DNA from: an uncultured Myxococcales bacterium
Lineage (GTDB): Bacteria > Myxococcota_A > Polyangia > Fen-1088
NCBI GenBank assembly: GCA_937889515.1
Contig: CALAOV010000175.1
Span: 1 to 59,715 of the forward strand
Length of the DNA stretch: 59,715 bases
Direction: 5' to 3'
The notes beneath the pieces were generated by a model. The model was not told where the DNA came from and did no database searches. It was given only the letters and a program-made list of their open reading frames with translations. Shown here in pieces: positions 18,698-31,761 of the stretch (the first letter of the stretch is position 1; each line of letters starts with the position of its first letter). Both the position numbers and the translations under genes were made by a program.

Positions 18698-19332
18698 ACG
18701 TCGGGGTGCTGGTTTCGGGCAGCGGGACCAACCTGCAGGCTCTCATCGATCGGAGCAAACGCGGCGAGCTCGGCCCGGCGCGGCTGGCGGCCGTAGGGTG
18801 TAACGTGCCGGACTGCCCGGCGCTGTCGCGCGCGCGCGCCGCGGGCTTGCCCACCTTCGTGGTCGACCACCGCGATTTCTCCGCCCGGGCCGGGTTCGAC
18901 CGCACGCTGGCGACGTCGTTGCGGGCGCATCAGGTCGATCTGGTGGTGCTGGCGGGCTTCATGCGTGTCTTGAGCGGCGAGTTCCTGGACGCCTTCCCGG
19001 GCCGGGTCATCAACATCCACCCCGCTCTTCTGCCGGCGTTTGCCGGGACACGGGCGCAGCGGCAGGCGCACGACGCGGGGGTCAAGATCGCCGGCTGCAC
19101 TATCCACTTCGTCGACGGCGGCGTCGACACCGGCCCCATCATCGCCCAGGCCGCCGTCCTGGTGCAGGACGACGACGACGAAGAGGCCCTGCGGGCCCGC
19201 ATCCTGGCAGAAGAGCACCGGCTCTTGCCCGCGGTCGTGCGCGCGATCGCCGAGCGGCGGGTGGTGCTGGAGGATCGCAAGGTCCGTATCCTGGGAGCGT
19301 CTCCCGCCGGGGACGCCCTCCGCAGCCTGTAG
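18694..19332 (+). CDS. purN: Phosphoribosylglycinamide formyltransferase
   Basis: SGSGTNLQAL, LAGFMRVL, NIHPALLPAF, GCTIHFVD, DTGPII. GTGA overlap with purM. Confidence 0.96.
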   Translation: MNVGVLVSGSGTNLQALIDRSKRGELGPARLAAVGCNVPDCPALSRARAAGLPTFVVDHRDFSARAGFDRTLATSLRAHQVDLVVLAGFMRVLSGEFLDAFPGRVINIHPALLPAFAGTRAQRQAHDAGVKIAGCTIHFVDGGVDTGPIIAQAAVLVQDDDDEEALRARILAEEHRLLPAVVRAIAERRVVLEDRKVRILGASPAGDALRSL

Positions 19333-19336
19333 CGCC

Positions 19337-20863
19337 TTGGTCGATACCAATTTTTACGACGTCGTCGTCTGCGGCGGTGAGCTCGGCGGGCTCATCGCCG
19401 CCGCGCTGCTGGCCCGGCGCGGATTTCGGGTGCTGCTCCTCGGCTACGACACGGAGCAGGCCGCCTTCGACGCCGGCGGGATCTCGCTCTCGCGCGCGCC
19501 GGCGTTGCTGCCGCCGCTCGACGATCCGCAGTCGGCGCGTCTCTTCAAGGAGCTCGACTGCGCCTCGCTGGTCAAGCGCCGCGCCACCCTCTCGCCGCTG
19601 GTCCGGATCGTGCTCGGCAAGCACCGGATCGATCTGACGGCCGACGCGGGCGCGCTCAAGCGCGATCTCGCCGGGGCGCTCGGCGGATCCGAAACCCAGA
19701 TGGCCGTCGCCCTGGAGCGCATCGGTTCGCTGGGGCGCATCGCCGAGCCGCTGCTGGCCACCGCCATGACGTTGCCCCCGCACGGGTTCTGGGAGCGTCG
19801 CGAGGTCGGACGGCTCCAATCGCTGTTGCCGCGAGCGGGGGATGACCCGCTGGCGCCGCTGGCCGCCGACCATCCGCTGCGGGCGCTGGCCGCCGCGCCC
19901 GCCGCCCTCGGCACCGGCCTCATCCCCAGCGACATCGGCGGACTGGCGGAGGCCCGCGCGTTTGCGCTGGCCCGCCGCGAGGCGCACGTTTTCGACGGCG
20001 GCCTGGCCGCTTTCCAGGAGCTGCTGCAGCAGCGCCTGGAGACCTTCGGTGGCGATCGGCGCCCACGGGTCGAGCCGGTGGGCGTCGTCGTTCGCCGCGG
20101 CCGTGCGGTCGGGGTTCGCGTGCGCCCGCGCGACGAGACCATCGGCTGCCACTGGTTGATCTGGGCGAGCGCCTCGGCGTCGCTGCGCGCTGCGCTGGGC
20201 GGTTCGGCTCCCCAGGTGGTGTCTCGCAAACGCCCGTCCGCGCTGCGCATCGCCGGGTACCGCTACGGGCTCTCGCTGCTGGTCGGTCCGGGCGCGTTGC
20301 CGGCCGGCTCGCCGTCCCGGATGCTGGCGATCGGCGATCCGGCGCGCCCGCTGCTGGAGGACAACGCGATCGCGGTGACCGTCGGTCAGCCCGCCCCGCG
20401 CGATCCGGGCCGGATCCCGATCTGGGTCGAGTGCGGCGTCTCCGCCCATCTGGTCGACGCCGGGCCGAGTTACCTGCGGGCCTTGCGCGGTCGCGTGGTG
20501 CACACGCTGGCGCAGATCTATCCCGAGCTCGAGCGGCATCTCATCGTGCGCGCCTCTCCGTACGACGGTCTGCCGCCCGAGCGCGGCGTCGAAGGCGGCG
20601 CAGCGCCGGCCCCGAAATCGCCGCCGGCGTTCGTCCCGGCGGCCCCCCCCACGCCGCCGCCGCTCTACGCGCGCGCCGCCTCGGGGCCCTTCGACGTGGT
20701 CGGGACACCGCACGCCACGGGGATCAAGAACCTGCTCCTGGTCGGGCGAGAGAACCTCCCCGGCCTCGGTCTGGAGGGCGAGCTGGTCGCGAGCTGGGGC
20801 GCCGCCCGACTGGTCGGCGGCGGTCCCGTGCGGCGCCTGCGCCGGCGGACTCTCCTGAGCTAG
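19337..20863 (+). CDS. Phytoene-desaturase-like FAD/NAD(P)-binding fold protein
   Basis: N-terminal YDVVVCGGELGGLIAAALLARRGFRVLLL (degenerate Rossmann loop). TTG start 4 nt after the purN stop. Confidence 0.65.
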   Translation: MVDTNFYDVVVCGGELGGLIAAALLARRGFRVLLLGYDTEQAAFDAGGISLSRAPALLPPLDDPQSARLFKELDCASLVKRRATLSPLVRIVLGKHRIDLTADAGALKRDLAGALGGSETQMAVALERIGSLGRIAEPLLATAMTLPPHGFWERREVGRLQSLLPRAGDDPLAPLAADHPLRALAAAPAALGTGLIPSDIGGLAEARAFALARREAHVFDGGLAAFQELLQQRLETFGGDRRPRVEPVGVVVRRGRAVGVRVRPRDETIGCHWLIWASASASLRAALGGSAPQVVSRKRPSALRIAGYRYGLSLLVGPGALPAGSPSRMLAIGDPARPLLEDNAIAVTVGQPAPRDPGRIPIWVECGVSAHLVDAGPSYLRALRGRVVHTLAQIYPELERHLIVRASPYDGLPPERGVEGGAAPAPKSPPAFVPAAPPTPPPLYARAASGPFDVVGTPHATGIKNLLLVGRENLPGLGLEGELVASWGAARLVGGGPVRRLRRRTLLS

Positions 20864-21219
20864 CGGCCGCGGCGGCGGCAGTAGCCGGCGATGAGCTGCG
20901 CGTGCTCGGGCGGCAAGGCGATGAAGCGAACGCCGGTTCGCCGAAATGCGCCCACGCTGGTGTCGCTCACGACCAGCCCGCGGGCCGAGATCTCTTCGCC
21001 CGAGCCGGGCAGCGCGAATGAGAGCGCCACCTCGGTGCGCGGCATGACCGAGCTGCCCCGTGGCCGCTTGATGGTCATGCCGGCCGGGGCAATGTCCTCG
21101 GCCTGACAGAGCTGAATGGGGCTGCCGGCGACGGCCAGCGCCTTTTTGACCGCGAAGACCGCGGCCACGCGGGAGGTCTGACGGCGGTCCTGGGGGGCGC
21201 GGCGCCTATCGTTGCTCAT
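20860..21219 (-). CDS. Single-domain PilZ protein
   Basis: DRRQTSR (RxxxR), DIAPAG (D-x-S-x-x-G variant), and C-terminal GVRFIAL...LIAGY strands. Confidence 0.82.
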   Translation of the reverse strand: MSNDRRRAPQDRRQTSRVAAVFAVKKALAVAGSPIQLCQAEDIAPAGMTIKRPRGSSVMPRTEVALSFALPGSGEEISARGLVVSDTSVGAFRRTGVRFIALPPEHAQLIAGYCRRRGR

Positions 21220-21234
21220 GCTCTAGATAGTAAA

Positions 21235-21252
21235 GCGCTCACAAGAGAGCGC
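21235..21252 (-). terminator. Hairpin downstream of the Trm112-like gene, possible weak terminator overlapping the pilZ promoter
   Basis: GCGCTC-6 nt-GAGCGC stem followed by TTT on the minus strand. TTGCGC (21254-21249) and TACTAT (21232-21227) form a -35/-10 pair across it. Confidence 0.35.
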
Positions 21253-21307
21253 AAAAAAAGCATGTTTGGCCTGGCCCCCCGGGCGCCGCGCGCCAACGGG
21301 CCGCGCC

Positions 21308-21478
21308 CTACCCCAGCGGCTGGGCTTCTTCGAGGATGAAGTTGGGGATGTCGTCGACGACCAGATAGGCCAGCTTGCAGGAACCGCACTCGAACGCCGA
21401 CTCGTCGCCGCGCAGCTTGAGCGCACCCTTGCACTTCGGGCAGGCCAGGATCTCTATCAATTCGGGGTTGAGCGCCAT
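21308..21478 (-). CDS. Trm112-like (YcaR) small protein
   Basis: LIEILACPKCKGAL...CGSCKLAYLVVDDIPNFILEEA, 56 aa. Confidence 0.88.
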   Translation of the reverse strand: MALNPELIEILACPKCKGALKLRGDESAFECGSCKLAYLVVDDIPNFILEEAQPLG

Positions 21479-21520
21479 TGGCCGTATATAACCCATTCGG
21501 AGTACGATGACCGGGCCCCC

Positions 21521-23557
<2,037 letters not shown>

Positions 23558-24798
23558 CGGCGCCGGTGGCGACGAAGACCGTCGGGTAGCCGAGCAGGCC
23601 CGCGACGGACCCGAGCGGGGCCAACCCCACGATCCCGATGTTCATGGCGCCGTTGGCCCACCCGAGCAGACGGGGACGCTCGCTGCCGGGCACGCCGGCC
23701 AGCACCAGGGTCATGAGCGCTGGGAAGACGATGCCGTGCGCGACGCCGAAGGCGGCGCCGACGGCGACCAGGTGCGCCGGGCCGAGCAGGCCCATCGCGA
23801 TCACGGCGAGGCCGTAGCCGACGCCGCCGGTCAGGGCCACCGGGCGGTGGCCGGTGCGATCCGCGAAGCGGGCCAGCGCGAAGCGCGAGGTCAGAGCGGC
23901 CACGGTGTAGGCCGCGAAAAAGCCGCCCACCGCGCTCACCCCGCGGGCGAGCGCGAACGGCGCGACGAAGGTGAACATCGAACCGGCGGCTAGCGCGCCG
24001 ACCCCGAGCACCACGAACACGGGCATCCGCGCGCGAACCGCGGACCAGCTGTCGGCGTGCGGATCTGGGGCATCTGGCGCGCGCGGGCGTTCGTCGACTG
24101 CGTCGGCCGGCAATCTGCGGCAAAGCCGCGCGCCGATGAGCGCCGCCGCGGCCGCCAGGGCGAAGACGGGACGAGCCCCGAAGCGCGCCGCGATCGGCTC
24201 GGCGACGACGGGCGCCACGGCGTTCATCCCCAGACTGGCGGCGCCGAAGATCCCCAGCGCTTGGCCGAGACGTCCCGGTGGCGCTACCTCCGCGCAGAGG
24301 GCCATCCCCGCGCCGAAGCAGAGCGCCCAGGCGATCCCTTGCAACCCGCGCAGCAACGCTGCGAACGGACCGGCGCTGTGCATGAACATGAATCCGATCG
24401 CCGACACCGCCAGCACGAGATCGCCCGCCGTCATCGTTCGGCGCAGGCCGAGGCGCCTCGCGATCGGGCCAATCGCCGGGCTCACCGCCAGGCTCAGCAC
24501 GCCGAAGGTGGCCATGACCGCGCCGATCTCCCGCGCGCTGGCGCCGTAGCCGACCGCCAGCAGCTTGGGGAGCAGCACGAAGGTCGAGTAGGCGAACCCG
24601 AAGAAGAGCTGCGCGACGATCACGTCGATGAAGGCGCGGCTGGCGAGCGGCGGGTCGGCCGCACGGGCCACGCCAGTGGGGGAATCGATCGTCGTCGACG
24701 CAGAACGACTGTCGGGGTCGGCGTCTTCTTCGCTACCTGATCTGGGCCGGTACATGTTCGCTCCGAGGTTCCCGGCCTGGGAGCGAGTGAGACCGCCT

Positions 24799-24828
24799 CA
24801 CCCTCTCCGCCGCCGGCGAGAGAGGGTG
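24799..24828. repeat. REP-like palindrome
   Basis: CACCCTCTC (24799-24807) pairs with GAGAGGGTG (24820-24828); inner CGCC/GGCG stem. Confidence 0.5.
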
Positions 24829-25009
24829 GGTCGACTTGGCTGCTGCTCAGCGGTCGCGCACGCTCTCTCGGCCGCGCTTACGTGCGACGACGAGCGTCGC
24901 AAGCGCGGGGACGCCGTGCTGCCACGGGCGGATCGAGAGAGCGGAGAGCAGATTCATTGGGTGAGCTTCGATATTGGCGCAAACACCCGATGGCCGTCAA
25001 GGGTGCGGG

Positions 25010-25037
25010 TTGAACCGACGGCTAGGCTAGTTAAGAT
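25010..25037 (+). promoter_or_regulatory. Possible sigma70 promoter for the 25067 gene
   Basis: TTGAAC, 16-nt spacer, TAAGAT in an AT-richer intergenic patch. Confidence 0.4.
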
Positions 25038-25066
25038 CGGTACCAAGGCGCATCATCGATGAGCTC

Positions 25067-25618
25067 ATGTGGGCGTTGGCGAGGCGGTGGCTCTTTCCGA
25101 TCCTTCCGTTCTTGGCGTTGCCTTGCGCGACGGTGCCTGCCTGCGATGGCTCGAGCTTGGAGACGTACACACCGTACGACACCTGCCTGCCACCCTGTAT
25201 CGAGGGACCGCTGCTGGCTTGCATCGGAGCGGCGACCTCCTGCCAGAAAGAGACCGACCAGACCTGCTGGAATAGCGGCGCCTATCAGCAGACGTTCCCG
25301 ATCTTGACGATCATCGACAACATGAACAGCCAACTTCCGACCACGGAGAGCAGCTTCTACGCGCGAGACGGGTCGATCTGTCTCCGCATCGAAAGCGGCG
25401 TGGACGCCGATGGCTCCGCGCAATCTTCCTACTACGACGCCAGCGGGACCCTGCTCGGCAGCAGCGTCCAGATGGCTTCGACGGGCAACGTCTGGAGCTG
25501 CGGCGGCCAGCGATACCTTGGAAACGCGACGGACAGCCCCGCCTGCACCAACGACCCCAGGACCCTGCTGGCGCTGGGCGAAGGCTGCTCCTCGTTCGCC
25601 GCGCCGAGCTGCCCATGA
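25067..25618 (+). CDS. Cys-rich exported hypothetical protein, possibly a lipoprotein
   Basis: Hydrophobic N-terminus ending VPAC; many Cys; codon usage visibly less GC3-biased than its neighbours. Confidence 0.65.
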   Translation: MWALARRWLFPILPFLALPCATVPACDGSSLETYTPYDTCLPPCIEGPLLACIGAATSCQKETDQTCWNSGAYQQTFPILTIIDNMNSQLPTTESSFYARDGSICLRIESGVDADGSAQSSYYDASGTLLGSSVQMASTGNVWSCGGQRYLGNATDSPACTNDPRTLLALGEGCSSFAAPSCP

Positions 25619-25670
25619 CCGTTGTCTTGGGGGCTAACTGTCTCCGGAAAACATCCGGCGAACAGGAACA

Positions 25671-26105
25671 TCACGGCACCTTGGCTCCGTCCCTGTTCAT
25701 GTTGCGAATGAATCGCGTGATTCGGCGATCGGGATCGTAGCCGGCGGCTTTCCAGAAGCCCGTCGCCCAGGGGTGGTCCTTCTCGACGAGAGCCGTGATT
25801 CGCCGGACGCCCCAACGGGCGAAGGCCCGCTCCGCTTCGGCCACCAGGGCGCGCGCGACGCCGCGGCGCCGGTGCTCGGGATGGACCGCCAATCGGTAGA
25901 TGTTTCCGCGCCAGCCGTCGAAGGTCGCGATGACCGATCCGACGACACGGCGATCGATCTCAGCGACCAGGCAACGGGCGCGGTCGCTGGCGGCGACGCG
26001 CCGGAGATCGGCGAGCGTGTCGGTCACGCTGGGCGTGGCGTCGGATTCGGCCCACGGCCGCAGAAGCGCCCGGCCCTCCCCCGTTCTGAACCGACGGACT
26101 TTCAT
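25671..26105 (-). CDS. GNAT family N-acetyltransferase
   Basis: DGWRGNIYRLAVHPEHRRRGVARALV (acetyl-CoA binding motif A); FWKAAGY. Confidence 0.88.
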   Translation of the reverse strand: MKVRRFRTGEGRALLRPWAESDATPSVTDTLADLRRVAASDRARCLVAEIDRRVVGSVIATFDGWRGNIYRLAVHPEHRRRGVARALVAEAERAFARWGVRRITALVEKDHPWATGFWKAAGYDPDRRITRFIRNMNRDGAKVP

Positions 26106-26157
26106 GTCACCCGGAGCCTACCTGGACGACGCGGATCGTGCGGCGCGCGTCTCGCGC

Positions 26158-28161
<2,004 letters not shown>

Positions 28162-28179
28162 GACCCACCTCCGCGACGT

Positions 28180-28458
28180 TTAGCGTACCGTGAAACCGTC
28201 CAGATGTTCGAGCTCGGCCGCAGACGGAGCGTCGTCCACGTCGACGCCGGTCACGCGCGCGCCGCGCGGACCGCGGCCGAGCCAAACCACCAACGCATCG
28301 ACCGCCGCCGGATCGCCGCACGCCAGCACCTCGACGTCGCCATCCATCCGGTTCCGGACCCAGCCGCGCAGGGCGAGGCGCCGCGCCTCGTACACCGTCG
28401 ACGCGCGAAAGCCGACCCCTTGCACGCGACCCCGGACGACCACGCGGACACGCTTCAG
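28180..28458 (-). CDS. acyP: Acylphosphatase, apparent CTG start
   Basis: C-terminal part of track ORF 28180..29019. GRVQGVGFR and GWVRN signatures; 92 aa if started at the CTG overlapping the upstream TGA. Confidence 0.9.
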   Translation of the reverse strand: MKRVRVVVRGRVQGVGFRASTVYEARRLALRGWVRNRMDGDVEVLACGDPAAVDALVVWLGRGPRGARVTGVDVDDAPSAAELEHLDGFTVR

Positions 28459-30017
28459 GGCTGGACCCGCAGCTCGGGCGCGGGGCGCGCCGCCGGAGGC
28501 ATCTCGCCGGGCCCCGCCTGGATGACGTCGACCGACTGCGCCGAGCCGGCCGCGACCGGGCGGCCGTCGATCGCCGCCGTCAAAACGCGGACCGCGCCGT
28601 CGGTAGCCACGGCCGGCGCGAACAGCCAGCGGCCGTCGGGCGAGACGTCGGGACGGCCGAGGCGGGCCGGGCTTCCGACGACGACCGCGGCCGCGTCCTC
28701 GGCGCCGAGGCGGAACACCGCCGTGCCGCCCGGCGGTCGGTTGGCGGCGGCGAAGTAGACCGCGTTGCGTTCGGGGGGCAGACGGATGGCGCCGCCGCTC
28801 GCCAGTGGCAGCGCGCGCCCGACGCCGAGGCGCGCCGGCAGGCCAGCCCCGTCGACGCCCACCACGCGCGCCGCTTCGAGGTGGGCCAGGAGCTGCGGAT
28901 CGTTGCCGATCCGCACCGCCCGGAGCTCCGTCGGCTGGGGACCGATCGGCAGGCTGCGCGGCGTGTCGCCCGACAGGATCCAGAGCGTGTCGCCGGCCGG
29001 CGAGAAGGCCACGTCGCACAGGATGCTCTCGCGGATCTCGGGCGCGACGGCGAAGGCACCGACGATCGGCGCATGCCCGGCCGGACCGAGGTCCAGCAGC
29101 ACCAGTTGGTTGCCCTGCTCGGTCGCGATCGCCAGCAGCTTGCCGTCGGGCGAAATGTCGGCGGACGCGATGTGGCCGTCGCGGATCTCCTGGGGGAGCG
29201 CGCGCGGCTCGCTGCGGGCGGGGTGGAGCGGCGAGGTGGTGTCGACCAGCACCACGTCGTTCTTGCGGACGACGGCCAGCACCGGCGCGCGCGCCGCGAC
29301 CGCCAGCGCCAGGACCTGACCCGCGCCGACGTTCAGTCGATAGATCAGCTTGGGGGCGCCGGGCGCGGGCATCTCGATCACGTCGATGAGGCCACCCTGC
29401 GCTTCGGCCACGTAGGCCGCGCGGCCGTCGCTGGAGAGCGCCAGCCAGCGTCCCCCGGCGACCGGGGTGGCACCGGCGGCGGTGGCGCCCGTGGGACCGA
29501 CTTCCGACCAGCCGACCTGGCCGCTGCCGGGCGCGAGCGTCGCCGCGTACCGCCGGATGGTGATGGGAAGCTCCCCCTTCCCCATCTCGTTGAGCACGGC
29601 GACCGGCTGCGATCCCACCGGCGTGCCGGCCGGAACGCGCGCGACGATGCCCCCATCGTGGGTGCGGCCGAGAACCAGCGCCGCGCGACCGCCCACCAGC
29701 ACCGTGGGCTGCCGCCCGAACCCGCGTCCGTGGATCCAGAGCGTTTCGCCGATCACCGCGACGCCGTCGGACGGCTCCATGCCGACCTCGCCCGACAGGG
29801 GCACGTCGCCGCCGCCGATGTCGACGACGCCCGTCACTTCGGGCGCGGCGGACGCCTCCGCGATGAAGAACGAATCCTCGACGATCTCGCGGTTCGAGGC
29901 GCAGCCGTGGAGCAGCAGAACGAGGGAGACGAAAGAGACGAAAGCGAACGGCCGGCCGGCAGCGATCGAGGCGCCCCGGCGATCTGTGGAACCCCCGCGG
30001 GGTTCCCGCGCGGTCAC
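28455..30017 (-). CDS. Lipoprotein with IPT/TIG domain and WD40/YVTN-like beta-propeller
   Basis: Lipobox LLHGC; IPT-like LWIHGRGFG...TVLVGG...IVARVP; propeller repeats ALSSDGRAAYV, DISPDGKLLAI, AFSPAGDTLW, DVSPDGRWLF. Confidence 0.8.
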   Translation of the reverse strand: MTAREPRGGSTDRRGASIAAGRPFAFVSFVSLVLLLHGCASNREIVEDSFFIAEASAAPEVTGVVDIGGGDVPLSGEVGMEPSDGVAVIGETLWIHGRGFGRQPTVLVGGRAALVLGRTHDGGIVARVPAGTPVGSQPVAVLNEMGKGELPITIRRYAATLAPGSGQVGWSEVGPTGATAAGATPVAGGRWLALSSDGRAAYVAEAQGGLIDVIEMPAPGAPKLIYRLNVGAGQVLALAVAARAPVLAVVRKNDVVLVDTTSPLHPARSEPRALPQEIRDGHIASADISPDGKLLAIATEQGNQLVLLDLGPAGHAPIVGAFAVAPEIRESILCDVAFSPAGDTLWILSGDTPRSLPIGPQPTELRAVRIGNDPQLLAHLEAARVVGVDGAGLPARLGVGRALPLASGGAIRLPPERNAVYFAAANRPPGGTAVFRLGAEDAAAVVVGSPARLGRPDVSPDGRWLFAPAVATDGAVRVLTAAIDGRPVAAGSAQSVDVIQAGPGEMPPAARPAPELRVQP

Positions 30018-30265
30018 AATGGCCCCTCGGTGGTCTGGAAGCCGATCAGGTTGTTGGGGACCAGCGGCAGCTCGGCGTATTTGGCGATGACGTTCTTGGC
30101 GTTGTCGAGCACCTGGACCTTCGACAGCACCAGCATCTGCACGGGCCCGCTGGCCGGCATGCAGGAGGCGATGGTGCCGATCACCTTGGCGCCCGAATCG
30201 AAGTCGAAGGTCACGCGGTGGCTGACCATGTCGCGCAGCTTCTTGTAGTCCATGATGTCGCGCAA
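30014..30265 (-). CDS. Small hypothetical protein with an Sm/LSm-like pattern
   Basis: LRDMVSHRVTFDFDSGAKVIGTIASC...QMLVLSKVQVLD resembles an Sm1 motif. Start is TTG 30265 (GGAGG 10 nt upstream) or ATG 30253. GTGA overlap with the next gene. Confidence 0.7.
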   Translation of the reverse strand: MRDIMDYKKLRDMVSHRVTFDFDSGAKVIGTIASCMPASGPVQMLVLSKVQVLDNAKNVIAKYAELPLVPNNLIGFQTTEGPL

Positions 30266-30285
30266 ACTACCACACCCTCCCTAGG

Positions 30286-30933
30286 TCAGGGATGGCCGGG
30301 GGGCAGACCGCCGCCGCCCATCATCGGGCCGCCGGCGCCGGGTCCACCGGCGCCCGGGCCGCCGCCCGCCAGCGACTCGGCTTCCTTCTGGATCTGGTCG
30401 AGCGCCAGCTTGACGTCGCGGGAGCCGACGTGGACCTTGGGGAGGGTGCCGAAGACGTCGCCTTTCTGGTGGGTCATCGGATCGCCGTCCTGATCGATCC
30501 GCGCGGTAAGGGTCAGATCCCCGTCGAAGGGCCCGTTCTGGAACGGCATGTCGGCCGCACTCAGCGAGAACGGCAGCGGGAACGAGGTCGCCGGCATCTT
30601 CTTGACCGCGATGAGGGTCCCGCGCGCGGTCGGGTTGTCGGAGAGCCTGCGCGCGACCAGATAGAGCGTCCCGGACGGCTTGGTCTTGGCGATGGCCGCC
30701 GGCAGGACCAGCTCACCGGTGATGGTGGCGTTGGGGTCGGCGGGCGCCGCCGCGGGTGGCGGGGCGGCGGGCGCCAGCGGGGCTGTCGCCGGACTGGGTG
30801 CCGGCATCTGCGCGGCGGCTCCCGGATCGAGAGGCGGCACCGAGGCCGGTTTCCCGGCCTCGTCCGCGTTCTTGTTGCAAGCGCCCGCCACGCAGGCGAG
30901 CAGGAGCAGTGTGGCGAGGGCGCGATTCGACAT
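30286..30933 (-). CDS. Lipoprotein with CcmI/CycH C-terminal-like (YbaY-like) domain
   Basis: Lipobox VAGAC; Pro/Ala linker; TLYLVARR...AVKK...FPLPFSLSAADM...LTLTARIDQDGDPM...GDVFG; C-terminal LPPGHP. Confidence 0.7.
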   Translation of the reverse strand: MSNRALATLLLLACVAGACNKNADEAGKPASVPPLDPGAAAQMPAPSPATAPLAPAAPPPAAAPADPNATITGELVLPAAIAKTKPSGTLYLVARRLSDNPTARGTLIAVKKMPATSFPLPFSLSAADMPFQNGPFDGDLTLTARIDQDGDPMTHQKGDVFGTLPKVHVGSRDVKLALDQIQKEAESLAGGGPGAGGPGAGGPMMGGGGLPPGHP

Positions 30934-31004
30934 GGGCCGAAGCTAACATGAGTCGGTTGGCCATCGGCCGGTCGCCGTCGGTCGGTTATTATCCGGCCCC
31001 GCCC

Positions 31005-31739
31005 ATGCCCGCCCCCTTCACCGCCGAGCTCGTCGCCCGCGAGACGATCGCCCCCGGGATCGCCGAGCTGTCGTTCGCGATGCGCGAGCCGGCCCGGCTC
31101 GATTTCAAGGCCGGACAGTTCGTATCGATGGCGGTCGACGCGCCCGCCGCTGGCGCCGATCCGGTCCCCCGCCGCAGCTATTCGATCGCCTCGCAGAGCG
31201 ACGCGGGCGACGTGCTGCGCTTCATCGTGCGGGTCATCCCCGACGGAAAAGCCTCGGAGTATCTGATGTCGATTTCGCTCGGGAGCCTGGTGCGCATGAC
31301 CGGACCACACGGCTTCTTCCTGCTCGACCCGAGCCACCCGGGCGACGTGGTGTTCGGGGCGACCGGAACCGGTATCGCCGCCGTCATGCCGATGCTGGGC
31401 GAGCTCGGACGCCGGCGCGAATCGGGCCAGGAGACGCGCCGCTGCCTGTTGCTGTGGGGCATGCGGCAGGAGGCCGATCTGTTTTCCCGCCAGGAGATCG
31501 ATCGGCTGGTGGCGCGGGCCGGTGCCGAGCTCCACATCTTTCTCACCGCGCCCGGTCCCCACTGGACCGACGGGCGTGGGCGGATCACCCCCGCGCTCCT
31601 GGAGCGGCTCGCCGAGATGGTGGCCCCGACGTTCTACCTGGTGGGCAACGGCGCCATGATCACCGAGCTCAAACGAGAGCTGATTTCACGCGGAATCAAC
31701 CGTAAAACACAGATCAGAACCGAAGCGTTTTTTGACTGA
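31005..31739 (+). CDS. Ferredoxin-NADP reductase family flavoprotein
   Basis: FKAGQFV, RRSYSIAS, GKASEYL, GPHGFF, ATGTGIA, LWGMR, terminal EAFFD. TATTAT 12 nt upstream. Confidence 0.88.
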   Translation: MPAPFTAELVARETIAPGIAELSFAMREPARLDFKAGQFVSMAVDAPAAGADPVPRRSYSIASQSDAGDVLRFIVRVIPDGKASEYLMSISLGSLVRMTGPHGFFLLDPSHPGDVVFGATGTGIAAVMPMLGELGRRRESGQETRRCLLLWGMRQEADLFSRQEIDRLVARAGAELHIFLTAPGPHWTDGRGRITPALLERLAEMVAPTFYLVGNGAMITELKRELISRGINRKTQIRTEAFFD

Positions 31740-31761
31740 GCCCAAGGGTAGAATGCGCGCG

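Noticed and set aside
31732-31754. TTGACT as the -35 for TAGAAT upstream of the IPT lipoprotein
   Set aside because: The spacer is only 11 nt; only the -10 element was used.
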